A stretch of DNA of 63,858 nucleotides, counting the filler, from Octopus bimaculoides (Eukaryota), in assembly GCF_001194135.2 (NCBI RefSeq). It is 5 parts of 4 records of this genome, joined end to end, with 100 filler letters (N's around TTAATTAATTAA, not from the genome) between each part and the next. Parts side by side here need not be neighbours in the genome. Positions count along the whole stretch, not along the records: positions 21,562 to 52,484 come from NC_068985.1; 4 more parts are not named here. The stretch is one strand, 5' to 3'. Below the pieces are notes generated by a model, which made no database searches, was not told where the DNA came from, and was given only the letters and a program-made list of their open reading frames with translations. Positions 27,780-41,465 of this stretch are shown here, piece by piece. The position numbers and the translations under genes are program-made. Each line of letters begins with the position of its first letter. The stretch's first letter is position 1.

Positions 27780-29379
27780 CTTGCCAATTATGCATTAGAA
27801 ACAAGTAAAAAATTTTGAATGTATAACTGATTAATTTCTGGAGTTGATTAATGAATTAAGCGAATTGCTAGAATCTCAAACAAAATTATGATCTGAGATT
27901 CAATCTATGGAGTATAGCTTTGCGTTTAAGCCGTCTGGAATTGATAAAATAAAATTCTACTGAAGAACACAGAAAGAGTTTAGAGTTATATCATATATCT
28001 TAAATAAGAATAGACTTTTAACCGAGGGCAATATACCACAAAAATAAAATTGCCGTGTTCTTCGGTAAGAAATATTTATGACATTTTTCTTATATTTACA
28101 CTAAGGCTGATAATGAAAAAAAAAAGCTGAATTCGTGGACTTTGAGGGAATACATTACATTCCAATTTCGAATCCTACCCAAGTCAATTTTGCTTTCAAA
28201 AATTCAGTATCCCGTAAAATATGTATCGGTTGTTATTTATTCCTAGACCTACCGTCATCTGCTACGCCTAAAATCAAAGGAAATCGTGACATGAACACCC
28301 ATATTTGGTTTTGAGACGTAATACATCTAACATCGCCATACACAAAATTTCTTTGACATTTTGAAGACTATGGGTTTTATATGAAGAAATGGGTGATATT
28401 TCTAGTAGTTCAACCGATAAGATACTAGCATACATTGTGTACAGGCTGAAGAAATGTAATGCGGTAGCAGAGTTGATTTAGTCAGTTATATTTATTACCA
28501 CAAATTTTGTGTAACTGTAGGAGTATTGGTATTCATTATTATCGTTAGAATTAATCGATTCAGAAATATTGCTGGAGTAGGAAGTAGATATTTCTTGCAA
28601 AATATGAATAGAAATGTTCAAGTTTTTTTCGTCATTAAGTTATATAATTAGTTGAAACAATGTCCTACTGTGAAGAGATTGATGGCAGGGGATCTTGTGC
28701 AAGTTACACAAATATGCAGTTGAAATACATGTCTTTTATTGTAAACATAAACAATCAAGTTTTAAAATAGTGTTTGAAAATGCGCTCTCGAGTCTTTATC
28801 CGCTAAAAAATGTTTCCTTTATCTGAGTTGTATCTTTATTTCAGCTAGGTATATTGACAAAGCCTTGAAAAATACTGTTCTTTATCAATACATTTGTGTC
28901 AATAATATAAGGAATGAAAGACAATCATTAACTACTTTAGATATTACAAGTCAGTAATATTTCATATAATGCTACTTCCCTTATACTCGAAATAAGTTTC
29001 CGCTGACTCTGTAGTGTCGATTATAATGGACAGAAAAAAAACCAAAAAACATTTCATTATTTATATATAATCGTCTCCTGTGGCTGTATACATATTATTC
29101 AAGGCGTTGCATGTGTTTCCTTGTCCAAGGCAAGTTGATATTGAAATGTGGGCAAAGCAAATGTTTATAAGCAGACGTTTATAAAACAATCCAAGAAAAT
29201 TTCCCATGTAGTATGGGGATCTTTACAACATCAATTGACAAAAGTGTGTTGGAAGGGCTTTTAAAAAAAATTCACCAGTGGAGAAGCCCGGAACTTCTGG
29301 GCTTCTCGAAAATTAAGGTGAATAACCTCCTCTTTTTCATTCTCCGATTATCATTTGTGTGGTGAAAGTGGAGAGTGTG

Positions 29380-32300
29380 AATATGTGTGGCCTGGAATCA
29401 CCTTGAAAACAAGGTCACTTGCTCAACGATCACAAGTCACTTGATTAGAATGTGGTTACCATTAGCGAAACAAGAATGTCCGGAAAGCACGTTCTGACAT
29501 ACATTATCGAGGACAACGAAATATTTTCATCTTGTTGTCTAGCAGGGGTGGGTAGCGGTGTAGTAGTGCTACTCTGGAAATCCTTAGATTTCCAAGTATG
29601 GACTATCTTCTTAGATCTGGATGCTAGGGTGGTAGCCTTGGATATGAATGGCAGCGAAGGTGGTGCCTTTAGACTGGTGGTGGTTTACGTTTCAACAGGG
29701 GATGGAAGACAAGATTTGATCAGGTGTCTAGAAACATTCTCGACAACGTCTCTCAATTTAGTACCAGTGGAGCATTGGAATAGTATTTAAGATGCACAGA
29801 AGGACTGTGTGGGTTTAGTACATAGCACATATGAGTGTAAAAGCCTCTAAAATCTACTCAGGAGTTTCCAGCTTTATGGCATATACTGACTGGATTTTCC
29901 TGATGTACCAGTCTGCCAGATCTTATTTAGATGGATTATTTGTTAGGTCAGAGGATAGGGATAGCATTGGTTGTCTACAATTTACAGATCACACATTTTT
30001 TATATGCACCGTCGATTTGGATAAGACGGTAGACAAGGACCCGGTTAGTGTAAGTTGAATGCGCCATTATGGGCAGGCAAAGACCACAGGGACCGGATTA
30101 GCGAACTAGTTAAGCGGCAGTTGATCGGGACCATCGTCAACAACCGGTAGTGGATCGTCCCGAAGAAGCGAGCGATGAGAGTAGAATCGATAGCGTTTAG
30201 CACGCATTTATGAATGGAAATGAATAGATTAGAGGGAGAACTAGTTAACCAACTAGAAGAGGCCATTAGTAAACGTAAGGCGACCGACGTGTTAGCGGCG
30301 AGAATGGCTCTTCACAATTTGTTTGGGGCGAAACTCGAAGGGTGCGTTGTCGCAGCTACGGCCCGTTAGCTGAAACAGGAAGGAACTAAAGCCGTCCATG
30401 GGCACGAACGGTAGAAACACGACGTGGTAACTAAAAACGATCAGGTCTTTAACGGATGAAGACGGGAGGGGGCTACTCTGTTCTGAGCAGATGTGTGCAG
30501 CTTTCCAGCAGCAATTTGCGCGACTGTTTAGCGGACTCTATTTCATACCTGGGCGGCCTATCACGACTCACAGTAGCGCACGCGAGACTCTGCGAAAAGC
30601 CAATTAAAGCCATTGAAATATCTGATGCGATGGGGGATTGCACAAGTCGCAAATCACCAGGTTTGGATGGTTTGCCCTATGAATTCTATTTATTCATGCC
30701 AGATTTGTTTGTCGGCGTCTTGGCAGGCATCTACATTAACTGGCAGCAGAACGGGATAATTCCTCGAGATGTTAGTCGGGAGGTGGTAACGTTGCTGAGA
30801 AAGGACGTCGACAATGGAGTCGTGCTAAGGAATTTTCGGCCCATAACTCTGCTAAACATAGAAATTAAGATTTTGGCAAAGGTATTGGTTAAAAGTTTGG
30901 CGCTTGTCGTCGATAGTCTGGTGAGGGAAGCATAAACGAGTGCAATTCCGAACAGGCCAATCCACGACAACCTCCACCTTCTGCGATGCCCCATAGAGAT
31001 GGTTGGGCCTACAACTGGCTTTGGTGTGGCCCTGAGCAATATATATCAGTCGAAAGTTTTCGATAGGTTCCACCAGCGCTACTCGAAAGTCACCCTTAAA
31101 GTGATGTATTTTGGACCCATTTCAGAGGATGGATTGCTGCAATGCCTAGCAGTACCTGCTCGATGGAAAAGTAAACGGCCACTTATCGTTTCGCATCTCA
31201 CGTTCGTTCCGTCAGGGATGCCCGCTGTCATCTCTTCTTTATGTGCTGGCTCTAGAGCCAATTAGAGGAAGTTGGAACAGTTGATTGGCCTCCCTTTCGA
31301 AATTGAACAAAGGAAGGAAGTGTTGGTGTAAGAAGACGACGTCATCATCATAGTGTCGGACGCCTCCGAAGTGGAGACGGTCCGCTCCATTGTAAACGAG
31401 CATAGGTCAGTTGCTGGAGCGAAAATAAACGCGGACAATTTGGTGGGATTGCGCCTGGGTACCTGGAGGGGCAGAACGATTCCGTCAGACAAGGTCGTCG
31501 GAAGCTGGATTAAAGGACCAGTTAAACTGCTCGGCGTCTGGTCGGGTACAAATCCCCAGGTGGATAAGAATTGCAAAGAGGTAACGAACAGGGAAGGCTA
31601 TGTTGCCCAGAAATGGGCAAAACGGAAGTTGACCCTGAAAGGTCGGGTAGAGTTTGCAAATGCCTACATCGTCTCCGTCATCATGTATCGACTGACCGTC
31701 GCCCTTTTTCACAATTACTAGTTGTTTATTTTCCGGTGTTCTTGTGGAAGGGACGCGTTCCAATGGTCAGACAGTTAATCTGCTGCCATTTCCATCTTTG
31801 TGGCGGCTGAGGCATGCTATGGCTGTTGATACGCAGACACGCACTCAGGTTGCGCCACCTGCAACGATTCCTAGAAGGTGAACTCGTGTGGGCTCCGAAT
31901 GTAAGGCACACTTTTCCGTAATTCGTGATGCAGTCCTAAGTAAAGGACAGACTGAGACTGGGCGTCTGGCACCTAGAATGTCGTCAGGAGCTCAATGGCT
32001 TCAACAAGTCGGGCAATAGGATTGGTGGATGTACCACTTTAGGTATATATAAATCCATTAGTAGCGGGAAAGTGCGACGATGTCCTCAGGGAGACCGAAG
32101 ACAAATAGCTTCGATGAAGACCAACTGGCTAGTCTACTCCGGAGGACTTTCCGGTTAGGGAATTCTATAGATAATTTCCAGATGTCTTTGGCTTGGCAGT
32201 GCTACCGGGTGGCGGGGTGGGGTGCTACTAGTTCGAGATAAACTCTACAGGCACGGAATGTGCTGTCACGCGGGCTTGTCCGAGGTGAAAGCAATGAGAA

Positions 32301-32780
32301 CAGATACATTCCTCTTTAGTAAAGCCCCCATTGACGTTTTCAAATTTCACTTGAAAATGAAAGCGTGTGTGTGGTTGCGGAGTTAGACGCAGGTGCTGTC
32401 CTCGATTGAATTTATCAAAAGGTAGATGAAAGTTGTGAAAATAGCTAGAGTGAATGATACTGCTGCAAGTGTAGACCTGTGAGTCGAAGGAAAGAAGAGG
32501 GCACTTATCCCTGGTATCCAGGGTGATCTTGGATGTTGGGCTCCCTCGGTTATCCCCAAACGTTCTCCTGTATCAAGAGGACACCATCATTATCAATTTT
32601 TTTTTTCTTCTGCTTAATGCCGTATACTATTTATACTTCCATTCTTTTAATGTCCACCGTATATAATTTCCATCATTTTTTTTTAACCATTCCATTATAT
32701 GTAAACATCACATCTGATGTCTGTCTTTGTATTAACTCTATCATTCTTCGCCCTGGGGACGAATATAAGAAATCATTGTT
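29380..32780 (+). mobile_element. Decayed Tx1/L1-clade non-LTR retrotransposon (APE endonuclease + RT)
   Basis: Fragments ...ISETR...GSGVVVLL...RVVALD...FRLVVVY; KSPGLDGLPYEFY...FRPITLLNIEIKILAKVL; PVKLLGVW...KWAKRKLTLKGRVEFANAYI. Many stops and frameshifts; (TTA)n tail near 32780. Confidence 0.9.
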
Positions 32781-34734
32781 ATTATTATTAATGAGTAAAA
32801 GAATAGCACGTGCCAATAAAAGTATATTGGATTACATATATATGAATCCCAATAACCCATCATGACTAAAATCTGGTAACATAACCCCAGGTTAATACAT
32901 CACAACTATATACGCATTACATGGTAAACAGTGCATGACCTAGCTGATGGGACCCAGTTAGAAATTTATTTAGGTCGAGTAGCCCACCCTGCTCAAAAAG
33001 TCCCTGAAAAGTGGTTGTTAGAAAATGTTGAACAAAACAACCATGTTTCCAGGTTTGAATTATTCAAACCCCAAATCATTCTCTGAACAGACTACTTCCG
33101 CACTACTCCTGCTCATGGTCAGATACGCAGATATTATCAGCCAGAAAGTGACAAGACGAACTGGTTCAGGTGAAACAACTGACAAGCAAATCTTTGGTAT
33201 TTATAAGAATATCTGCTGTAGTTCATTTTAAAACTAAGAGGTTGTAACACTTCCACTCATTTAAAATTTTACCCCAAGACATGTTAAACCTTCCATTAAC
33301 TAAATATATATATAAAAAGAAACAAATTGAGGAAAAGGAATCCTTCAAAGGGTGTGTTAAACATTCAATTCACTGGTACTTCAGTTGGATACATATAAAT
33401 ATTGGTATAATTCAATTATAAAGATTAATTAAATATAGAGATATTCTATCGACAGGAATTTAATTTCTATATATTCTAATTGGAGTGGTAAGATACCAAA
33501 TTTTGTTTGATTTACTAGACTGTTGATTGGCAGCCCAGTCAAGATAGTATTTTCTTCTCCTACTCTTGTTTTTGCACACATCTAAAAAATGACTTTCTAA
33601 AATGAAATGCCATTATGCAGCTGAGGAGTGAATTTTCATTGGACATTTTATGTGGTGTTCTCACTACATAAATAAATGAAGTTTGTACAAAACGTACGTA
33701 CTGCTATAACCTATTGAATTTTTGTTGCTTTTCTTCAAATATATATATATATANNNNNNNNNNNNNNNNNNNNNNNNNNNNNNNNNNNNNNNNNNNNNNN
33801 NNNNNNNNNNNNNNNNNNNNNNNNNNNNNNNNNNNNNNNNNNNNNNNNNNNNNNNNNNNNNNNNNNNNNNNNNNNNNNNNNNNNNNNNNNNNNNNNNNNN
33901 NNNNNNNNNNNNNNNNNNNNNNNNNNNNNNNNNNNNNNNNNNNNNNNNNNNNNNNNNNNNNNNNNNNNNNNNNNNNNNNNNNNNNNNNNNNNNNNNNNNN
34001 NNNNNNNNNNNNNNNNNNNNNNNNNNNNNNNNNNNNNNNNNNNNNNNNNNNNNNNNNNNNNNNNNNNNNNNNNNNNNNNNNNNNNNNNNNNNNNNNNNNN
34101 NNNNNNNNNNNNNNNNNNNNNNNNNNNNNNNNNNNNNNNNNNNNNNNNNNNNNNNNNNNNNNNNNNNNNNNNNNNNNNNNNNNNNNNNNNNNNNNNNNCT
34201 AGGGTCTGTTTACCAGTTTCACTGATAAGGAATTAGTTCGGGCTGGGATATAATAAATTACATTTGCCGGAGGTATTGCTTAGTGGAAATATTTGTATAT
34301 ATTCAATAAAATATAGTCAATAATATCCAATCATTTTGCAATTTTCATTTTCTTATTCATATATCAAATTTTAATACTATACACATTGATAATAATGTAA
34401 ATAATTATTGTGTTAAAGATTTTTCTAATTTTAGGATAACTGCATTTGTTTTCCTACAAAACAACAAAAAGTCATCTGCTTCTGTCAAAAGAGATTTATA
34501 AAACCTCCTTTTGTTAAAAAAAAAATTCTCTTTTACTTAGAGTTTTTCCTTTTTCACAAGTAATCATTTTTAATGAAAATATTATCAAAAAAATAATAAA
34601 TAAGTAAAATATGTACATCATAGAGTGAAACACAGAGTCCATAGTTCAGTCAAATGTGAAAAATATAGAATTTTGGAAAGAAAATGACAATAACAAAAAG
34701 AAAGAGAGACAAGAATGTAAAATATAGTATCAGT

Positions 34735-35324
34735 AACAACTGGTTTCTGCTGCTGAATTCTATTCTGTGAAACCATATTGAAAATGTAAAGAAATACAGA
34801 AATGTATGGTCATATAGGCATCCTAATATATTTTGGTTCTGCTGTTGATGGTGTTTTTCAAATGCAACCCAAAGAATACACATCAATTGTTTTCTCATTT
34901 ACTTTTATGAACAAACCAAAATTTGTTCCTCTATAACAATAGAAAAAGTAACTTAACAAATAAATATAAATGTAAAATTAAATAAAAAGAAAACTAATAT
35001 GTGCCCACAACTTTCAAATAAATAATTGTGCTGAAGGGAAAATAGTATAAAATACTGACATAAGATAAATATCTAAAACTAAATGAATGACAAAAAGCAA
35101 ACACACGATTTACCAGGTATGGATAAACTTTAGTCAGAGATTGTAACATTGGGGAATGTATGACAAACAAATCATTTATCATAGTTTGGTTCCTCACCTA
35201 ATTGTCACCTGGACAATAGAGAATTTCTTGTATAAGATGTTGATTGATTACTGTGTACAGGTTATGTACCTCCCTAAACAACACACATTTATCAGACTTT
35301 CTTAAAGCCAAAGCAGCGCAGATA
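34735..35324 (-). pseudogene. WDR90: WDR90-like relic exons 8 (35270-35324), 9 (35114-35197), 10 (from 34930)
   Basis: ttgctttcag|ICAALALRKSDKCVLFRE|gtacat; caattag|VRNQTMINDLFVIHSPMLQSLTKVYPYL|gtaaat; tttctattgttatag|RNKFWFVHKSK*, then frameshift EKTIDVYSLG (~GRTMVVAWG). Phase-0 junctions chain. Confidence 0.6.
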
Positions 35325-35585
35325 CTGAAAGCAAGAGTTACAATCTTCCCAACATTTAGCATCTATGTGGCTTTTTTGAAAAGTACCATACATAAATATA
35401 AAGCATATATACACAGACAAACATAAATTATATACGTATATGTATGTATGCATTCCTAAAAGAGAGATAATAAAGACTTTATATAGGGGAAAAATGTTTA
35501 AGAACATTTAGCTTATATACATATATACGTATATTCATACATACGCACAAACACACATACATACATACATACATACATACATACA

Positions 35586-35619
<34 letters not shown>

Positions 35620-36820
35620 CATGTGCATTCATAAAGATTAAAAAGAATAACAGTCCTACATACCATGAATATGTTTACATCTGTATTCAGATGTACAAGT
35701 GCTTTTCTTCTTGGCATTCAAATTGCATAAGTTTCCTTTATTGCATTAGTTTTACTTTTCTTTCCTTCCACTAGTAAATATGTCCACATAAATTTCGAGA
35801 AAAGCAGCAAAGAGGTCGCTTTCTGATATAAATTAACATTCAATATACACTCTTTGATTAATCCTTAATCTTATGACTGTTTCTTTTAGCAAACATGACT
35901 GGAAAATACCGACACAGAATGCCTGCCTCTCTGGCTGCCTTTCTCTGTATAGACATACACACAGAAGTATATATGTATACATATATACAGACACACTTGT
36001 AGGTATTTCTGCACACACACACACACACACGCACACACACATATATATATATGCGTGCATATGTGTTGTGTGGGGGTGTGAGGTGTATATATATATATAT
36101 ATANNNNNNNNNNNNNNNNNNNNNNNNNNNNNNNNNNNNNNNNNNNNNNNNNNNNNNNNNNNNNNNNNNNNNNNNNNNNNNNNNNNNNNNNNNNNNNNNN
36201 NNNNNNNNNNNNNNNNNNNNNNNNNNNNNNNNNNNNNNNNNNNNNNNNNNNNNNNNNNNNNNNNNNNNNNNNNNNNNNNNNNNNNNNNNNNNNNNNNNNN
36301 NNNNNNNNNNNNNNNNNNNNNNNNNNNNNNNNNNNNNNNNNNNNNNNNNNNNNNNNNNNNNNNNNNNNNNNNNNNNNNNNNNNNNNNNNNNNNNNNNNNN
36401 NNNNNNNNNNNNNNNNNNNNNNNNNNNNNNNNNNNNNNNNNNNNNNNNNNNNNNNNNNNNNNNNNNNNNNNNNNNNNNNNNNNNNNNNNNNNNNNNNNNN
36501 NNNNNNNNNNNNNNNNNNNNNNNNNNNNNNNNNNNNNNNNNNNNNNNNNNNNNNNNNNNNNNNNNNNNNNNNNNNNNNNNNNNNNNNNNNNNNNNNNNNN
36601 NNNNNNNNNNNNNNNNNNNNNNNNNNNNNNNNNNNNNNNNNNNNNNNNNNNNNNNNNNNNNNNNNNNNNNNNNNNNNNNNNNNNNNNNNNNNNNNNNNNN
36701 NNNNNNNNTGTGTGTGTGTGTGTGTGTGTGTATGTGTGTGTGTGTGCGTGTGTGTGTATGTATGTATGTTTACTTATGTAGTTATTTTGGGTCTGCTATT
36801 CTATATAAATTTATTTTTAC

Positions 36821-37804
36821 TTATTTTAGATGAATGAAGCTTGAAATGGAATTCCTCCATATAAATGTCCCTACTCTGTTATTAAACAATGGACTGATGC
36901 TTCATCCTGTACCAGAGTGTCCAGCAATTCAATTGTTAGGCTATAAACGATATACACAGCCCGCCTTCATTCAGAACTACTATTTGCACTGTACGGATCT
37001 TTCCTCACACATTCTCTCACTTCTCTCTTTAAGTCTTATCAATAATGATTTCATTGCGTTCTCCATTCCATATGCTACATTCCACTTTGAAAGGTAACAA
37101 GAAATAAGAGAGAAAGGGCAGCAGAGAGTGAGCTTGATTCTTTCATTCAATGCATCCATTGAACCATCTGTTTAGAAGTCCCTTGTAATTTTAAAACTGA
37201 ACGCAACACAATTTTTATATTTTTTTCTCAATATCACAGCAGGATATTCAACAATAAAAATTGTAATTTCTAATTATCATCATTTGAACATTGATCAATG
37301 CGATGTGCCAACTCCCTAGAAAGTACATTAAGGAAGTAGAGTATTATATTAATGGGATTTGGTCGCATGTAGACTGTTGTGCAGTCAGGTACAACCAGCT
37401 TGTCCTTTTGAATGATTGTAAAGAATTAAACGGTTGTCTCATTGTTCCTGATTTCATATCTGTATGCAAGAATTCTGTTTCATAGCTTCACAAAATATCT
37501 ATTTCCTTTAACATCTATTTACCTCCCTTGAAAATACGTATTGATCCTCCTGGGAAAAGATATCCATGAGTGAACTGTAATCCATTTACAGCAAGTGCTG
37601 TCTCTCGTCTCTTTATCCCTTTCAGCAAATGTTGCAAGTAAATCCATTGTTGGAAGTAGCTCCAATGATTAATTCAACAGATATATCCAACACTTCACAG
37701 AGCTGGATACATCTTTATACTTTAGGATGACAAGTTTGGATTTGTAGCCTGTATTGAAGTATAAACCAGATCTCATGGGCTTTGAATAGATAGAAGAAAT
37801 TATT
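36821..37804 (-). pseudogene. WDR90: WDR90-like relic exons 6 (37523-37804) and 7 (about 36821-37167); linker and first WD40 blade
   Basis: gtttttag| ... GGAG|gtaaat, then ctaaacag|. ...LFPGGSIRIFKG|DGSMDALNERIKLTLCC...KSLLIRLKERS..., then frameshift to RRAVYIVYSLTIELLDTLVQDE...*GHLYGG. Confidence 0.55.
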
Positions 37805-38192
37805 CTAAAAACACTAATCATTTTATTGGCCAAAATATGAAGGGGTAAATTAGCAATTTTTTTAACAATAAAGAAGCGAGAGAATTTGAGAAACACATGG
37901 AAAGTGTTCTATTAAGTATGAATCCTTAGAATGAGTGGGGATAATGAAATGATCAGGCTTGATAGAAAGTTTGCTCTGTTTACGTAGCAATACCTTTTAA
38001 TATGTTTCCTATCATTAGAATCTGTTTGAATTAACATTTGTGAATTTGAAATAAGAGGAAAGAAACAAAAAAATGCTTTTAAAGTGGGTGTATATACGTA
38101 TATAAAGAAATTGAAGGAGAAATACATAACATTTCACCACAGGTTCATAAAAAAAAAAGAAACATTTCCTAAGCTGCACTGTACTGACTTAC

Positions 38193-38848
38193 TGGAAATG
38201 GTATTAATAACATTTGTTGGCCTCCATTCTGAATAAATGAAAACAACATATATTATACTGACTATTTTAAGTTAAATTAATATAAGATTGAGTCAAGGGC
38301 CAGATTAAATACTGTTTTGAACTAGATCCAGCACATTGGCCATATAGTTGACATGGTTCAGTTAACCAGATAACATACTGAGCATGAATCACGTTAATAC
38401 CTGCTCTTCTGTCAATTAAACATTTAAGTACCGTTTACAGTAACCAATAAGAAATTTAGTAGCTGTTTAGTGCCAATTGTATTAATCATTCAGCAGTTAA
38501 ACATCAACTCTAATAACAATCCAACCTTTAAATACCAAATCATTTGACAATTAAGTAGTTAAATAGCAGCTCTATGAAGCATTGAGTAGTAGTGCTATTC
38601 CTCTTATGTTGAGTAGTTAAGAATCAGCTTTATTCAACATCGTGCAGTTATGTACCAGCTGTTTTGGCTAGTACACATTTATGTAATAACTATACTAATT
38701 GTTAAGCAGTTTAGTACATGATACAGTGTATGTTTACACCAACAAACCAATGGAAGTATTTCTACCTCAACATTCAAGACTGCTAGATATAGCAGCCACA
38801 TCCCCCTTAAATCATATGCTACATCCATTGAGTCAGGCTAATTTGGAA
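38193..38848 (-). pseudogene. WDR90: WDR90-like relic exons 4 (38766-38848) and 5 (38193-38228)
   Basis: ttttttag|...GAG|gtagaa gives VPN*PDSMDVAYDLRGMWLLYLAVLNVE. The 36-nt exon tttattcag|NGGQQMLLIPFP|gtaagt follows. Phases chain 1-0-0. Confidence 0.55.
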
Positions 38849-39072
38849 CTAAAAAACAACTCATACGTTTTATGAAGTGAGAAAGTTGTACAATCTAGGA
38901 AATCACAGTGTTGTTGCTCTACCTGTTGGGTATGAGCCAAGTTGTTGTTAAATCAAACCTCATTTTAAAATGAAAAACTATTTTGAATGCTGTAGAGCTG
39001 AATATAATGATAACAATAGGCTGAGAAGCAAATACTACAATGCATAGATAAGTTTATTTGATCAGATCATAC

Positions 39073-39178
39073 CTAGGGTTAAATTAACAACATGGAAACG
39101 CTTAACTGTATGCTGATCATCTTTCCTTGCTGCTGGATTTTTCCTTTCAAGTTGCATGATAAATTTAACACTTTAACA
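39073..39178 (-). pseudogene. WDR90: WDR90-like relic exon 3
   Basis: Acceptor ttttgtttgttcag|, donor CTAG|gtatga. SVKVLNLSCNL (phase 2, matching exon 2), then frameshift to ...KRFHVVNLTL. Confidence 0.6.
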
Positions 39179-39880
39179 CTGAACAAACAAAAGCACATCA
39201 AGCAATACACATAATCTACAAGCAAAAATAATCTGAAGCTCTTGTCAAGGTGAACCACAATATTTGGAGTACATTGCTTTAAAACTGACAGTGACGGCAA
39301 ACTTATAAGAAGTTTACAAAAATCTCAGAACTTAAATAACAAATCATTTGTCTATTTAGAGTGGGGAATTGTTTATAGCGTAATACCTATATGAGTTTTG
39401 CAAATAGAACCAATTGATAAATATACATATTATTGACCTTATGCATAACGCACTGCTGGTAATAAGATAAAACAGCATAGAACAAATGAAGGTGAACAGT
39501 TTCTAATTCTAATTTCTTTAGCACTTAATGATAACTCGTTAGAACGATTTACAAAAGAAATATTTGGTAAAAATAAGAAAATTGAGGCAAAATGTTTCTA
39601 AAATGTTGTTCCCAATTCCCCTACTCTTCAAATAAGAATGAAAATATGTCCAAATGAATTCACTCAATGAATAAAAATGAACACATGAGTATTTTAAATT
39701 TATATTTTAACAAGAGCAAAAACATTATTTCTTAACTTTGATGAAGCTACGAATAAAAACTTAGATTTTATTTAATTTATTTATATGGAATAATGTTCCT
39801 CATATTGATGACATATTCTCCACTAAATTAAATGAAATGCGTGTTAAGTAGTCAGAATCATTAGCATGCCAGCAAAATAC

Positions 39881-40073
39881 CTAGCAGCATCTTTTTCGTC
39901 CTTATGTTCTGACTTTAAATTCCGCCAAATTCCGAACAGGGGAGGTCAGCCGCTTCCCTTTGCTAGTCTGGCATCTACAGACTAGTTTCGAGGTAGGGCC
40001 TCTTATCAATGTACAGCAGCTGAACCCAGCAGGCGTCGCTATTTTTTGGAATGCCATGTTGGTTTGGCGATAA
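39881..40073 (-). pseudogene. WDR90: WDR90-like relic exon 2
   Basis: Acceptor catcttttag|, donor CTAG|gtattt. LSPNQHGIPKNSDACWVQLLYIDKRPYLETSL* then frameshift to ...GIWRNLKSEHKDEKDAA. Confidence 0.6.
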
Positions 40074-40182
40074 CTAAAAGATGCATGTAGTAAGTGTGCT
40101 AAATATAAATGGATAATATTCGCTTCTAAGATTATCTCTACAACACTCAAGAACTTTCTGTGGAAAGCATATAAAACAAGTT

Positions 40183-41160
40183 TAGGATATTTTCCTTTTC
40201 ATGGGCAGTTCGATTAATCAACTTTCTTTAGCTAAACACTGTGAAACTTCGTATACTGGTAGAATGTGTCATATAGAACATCTTTTACTCTTAGCGTTGT
40301 TGAGAAAAGTTTCTATTTTTGAAATTATTTCATCTTAATGTTGTCGTGTTTCGGTAATTTCAACCAATCAATGACTTGTATTAAGCTGAATAAAATTACT
40401 GCTGTTGTTTGTCAACAACAACTATCGGCAGTGTATATTTCATTTGTCACTGTTATTTATGCGTTTGTACTGTTTTCAGCTTTAGGCTTTTAGAGTTAGG
40501 GTTAGTGTTTTAGGGTTAGGGTTAGGGTTTTAGGGTTAGGGTTACGGTTTTAGGGTAAGGGATATGGTTTTAGGCTTAGGGTTAGAGTTACGGAAAAAAT
40601 AAAAATGAAGCAATTGGAGGGACAGGAGTAAGAGGGGCCAAAATATCAAAATTCTGATTTTTGGCAATTGTCCGGAATCTCCGTATCCGAAAAGCTGGCT
40701 TTTTTGGCAAAAAAAACAAAAACAATTCAAAAAAAGAACAATAATTTGCGAGAAAATGGGGGATGGGAAAGGATGTCTTTCCGAAAATTGTAGAGGAAAA
40801 ACAAGAAATAAACCGAAAAGCAGTAGAAATGCACGAATGATTTTGGAAGTGTCATGAAGTAAACGTGCTTCAGATACACTTGTTTATTCATACGAAAGTA
40901 ACAGAGATGAAATATATCATAAATATCACTGTCAAACAAAACATACACCGCCGGAAGTTGTTGACAAACAACAGCAGTAATTTTATTCAGCTGAATACAC
41001 GTCATCGATTAGTTGAAATTACCGAAATACGAAAACTTTAACATGAATTAACTTCAAAAATAGAATTTTTTCCCAACAACGCTAAAAGTTACGAAGTTTC
41101 AAAGTGTTTAGTTAACGAAAATTAATTAACCGAGCTGCCCATGGAAAGGAAGAGATCCCA
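40183..41160. mobile_element. Non-autonomous TIR element (MITE-like, about 220-bp TIRs) with internal TTAGGG repeats
   Basis: Left taggatattttccttttcatgggcagttcg... aligns with the reverse complement of the right end ...cgagctgcccatggaaaggaagagatccca. Both flanks read AGTT (apparent 4-bp TSD). (TTAGGG)-like run at 40490-40585. Confidence 0.85.
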
Positions 41161-41186
41161 AGTTTAAAAATCAACTAGAAATCTAC

Positions 41187-41465
41187 AAATATTCGTTCCA
41201 GATCTCGTTGTGTATCGATTGACAGATACAAGCGCCAATCAGGAAACAATTTCTTCGCTGAAATTATAATCAACCAGCGGCTTGGTTTAGATTCAGATCC
41301 CCGGTTGCTTCTGGTTGACGTGACACAAGAAAGGAGTCCTAGAATGCGGTGCACCAATGAGCCGGGTGCGTTTAAGACACCGTCGTTGTAAAGGAGATGA
41401 TTTATTTTAGTATGACGCATACTATAGCGATTCGCATATTTCGAGTTTGAACCTGTCCAGATATG
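41187..41465 (-). pseudogene. WDR90: WDR90-like relic, first exon (DUF667 N-terminal part)
   Basis: ORF 41175-41420 MRHTKINHLLYNDGVLNAPGSLVHRILGLLSCVTS...SRWLIIISAKKLFPDWRLYLSIDTQRDLERIF, frame open upstream to about 41465. Donor TTT|gtagat at 41187 is phase 0 and compatible with the next exon. Confidence 0.6.

Noticed and set aside
34840-35324. Ribosomal L19-like (FVIHSP) and kinase-like (DVYSLGCI) motifs
   Set aside because: Isolated short similarities; the WD40/WDR90 reading explains these exons in context.
38298-38424. Two-hairpin, ACA-ended H/ACA snoRNA-like fold
   Set aside because: H box imperfect (ATATAG), second hairpin poorly paired, and antisense to the host exons.
41235-41362. 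CCAAT and CRE-like (TGACGTGA) motifs as a promoter
   Set aside because: They fall inside the DUF667-like coding relic and are probably incidental.
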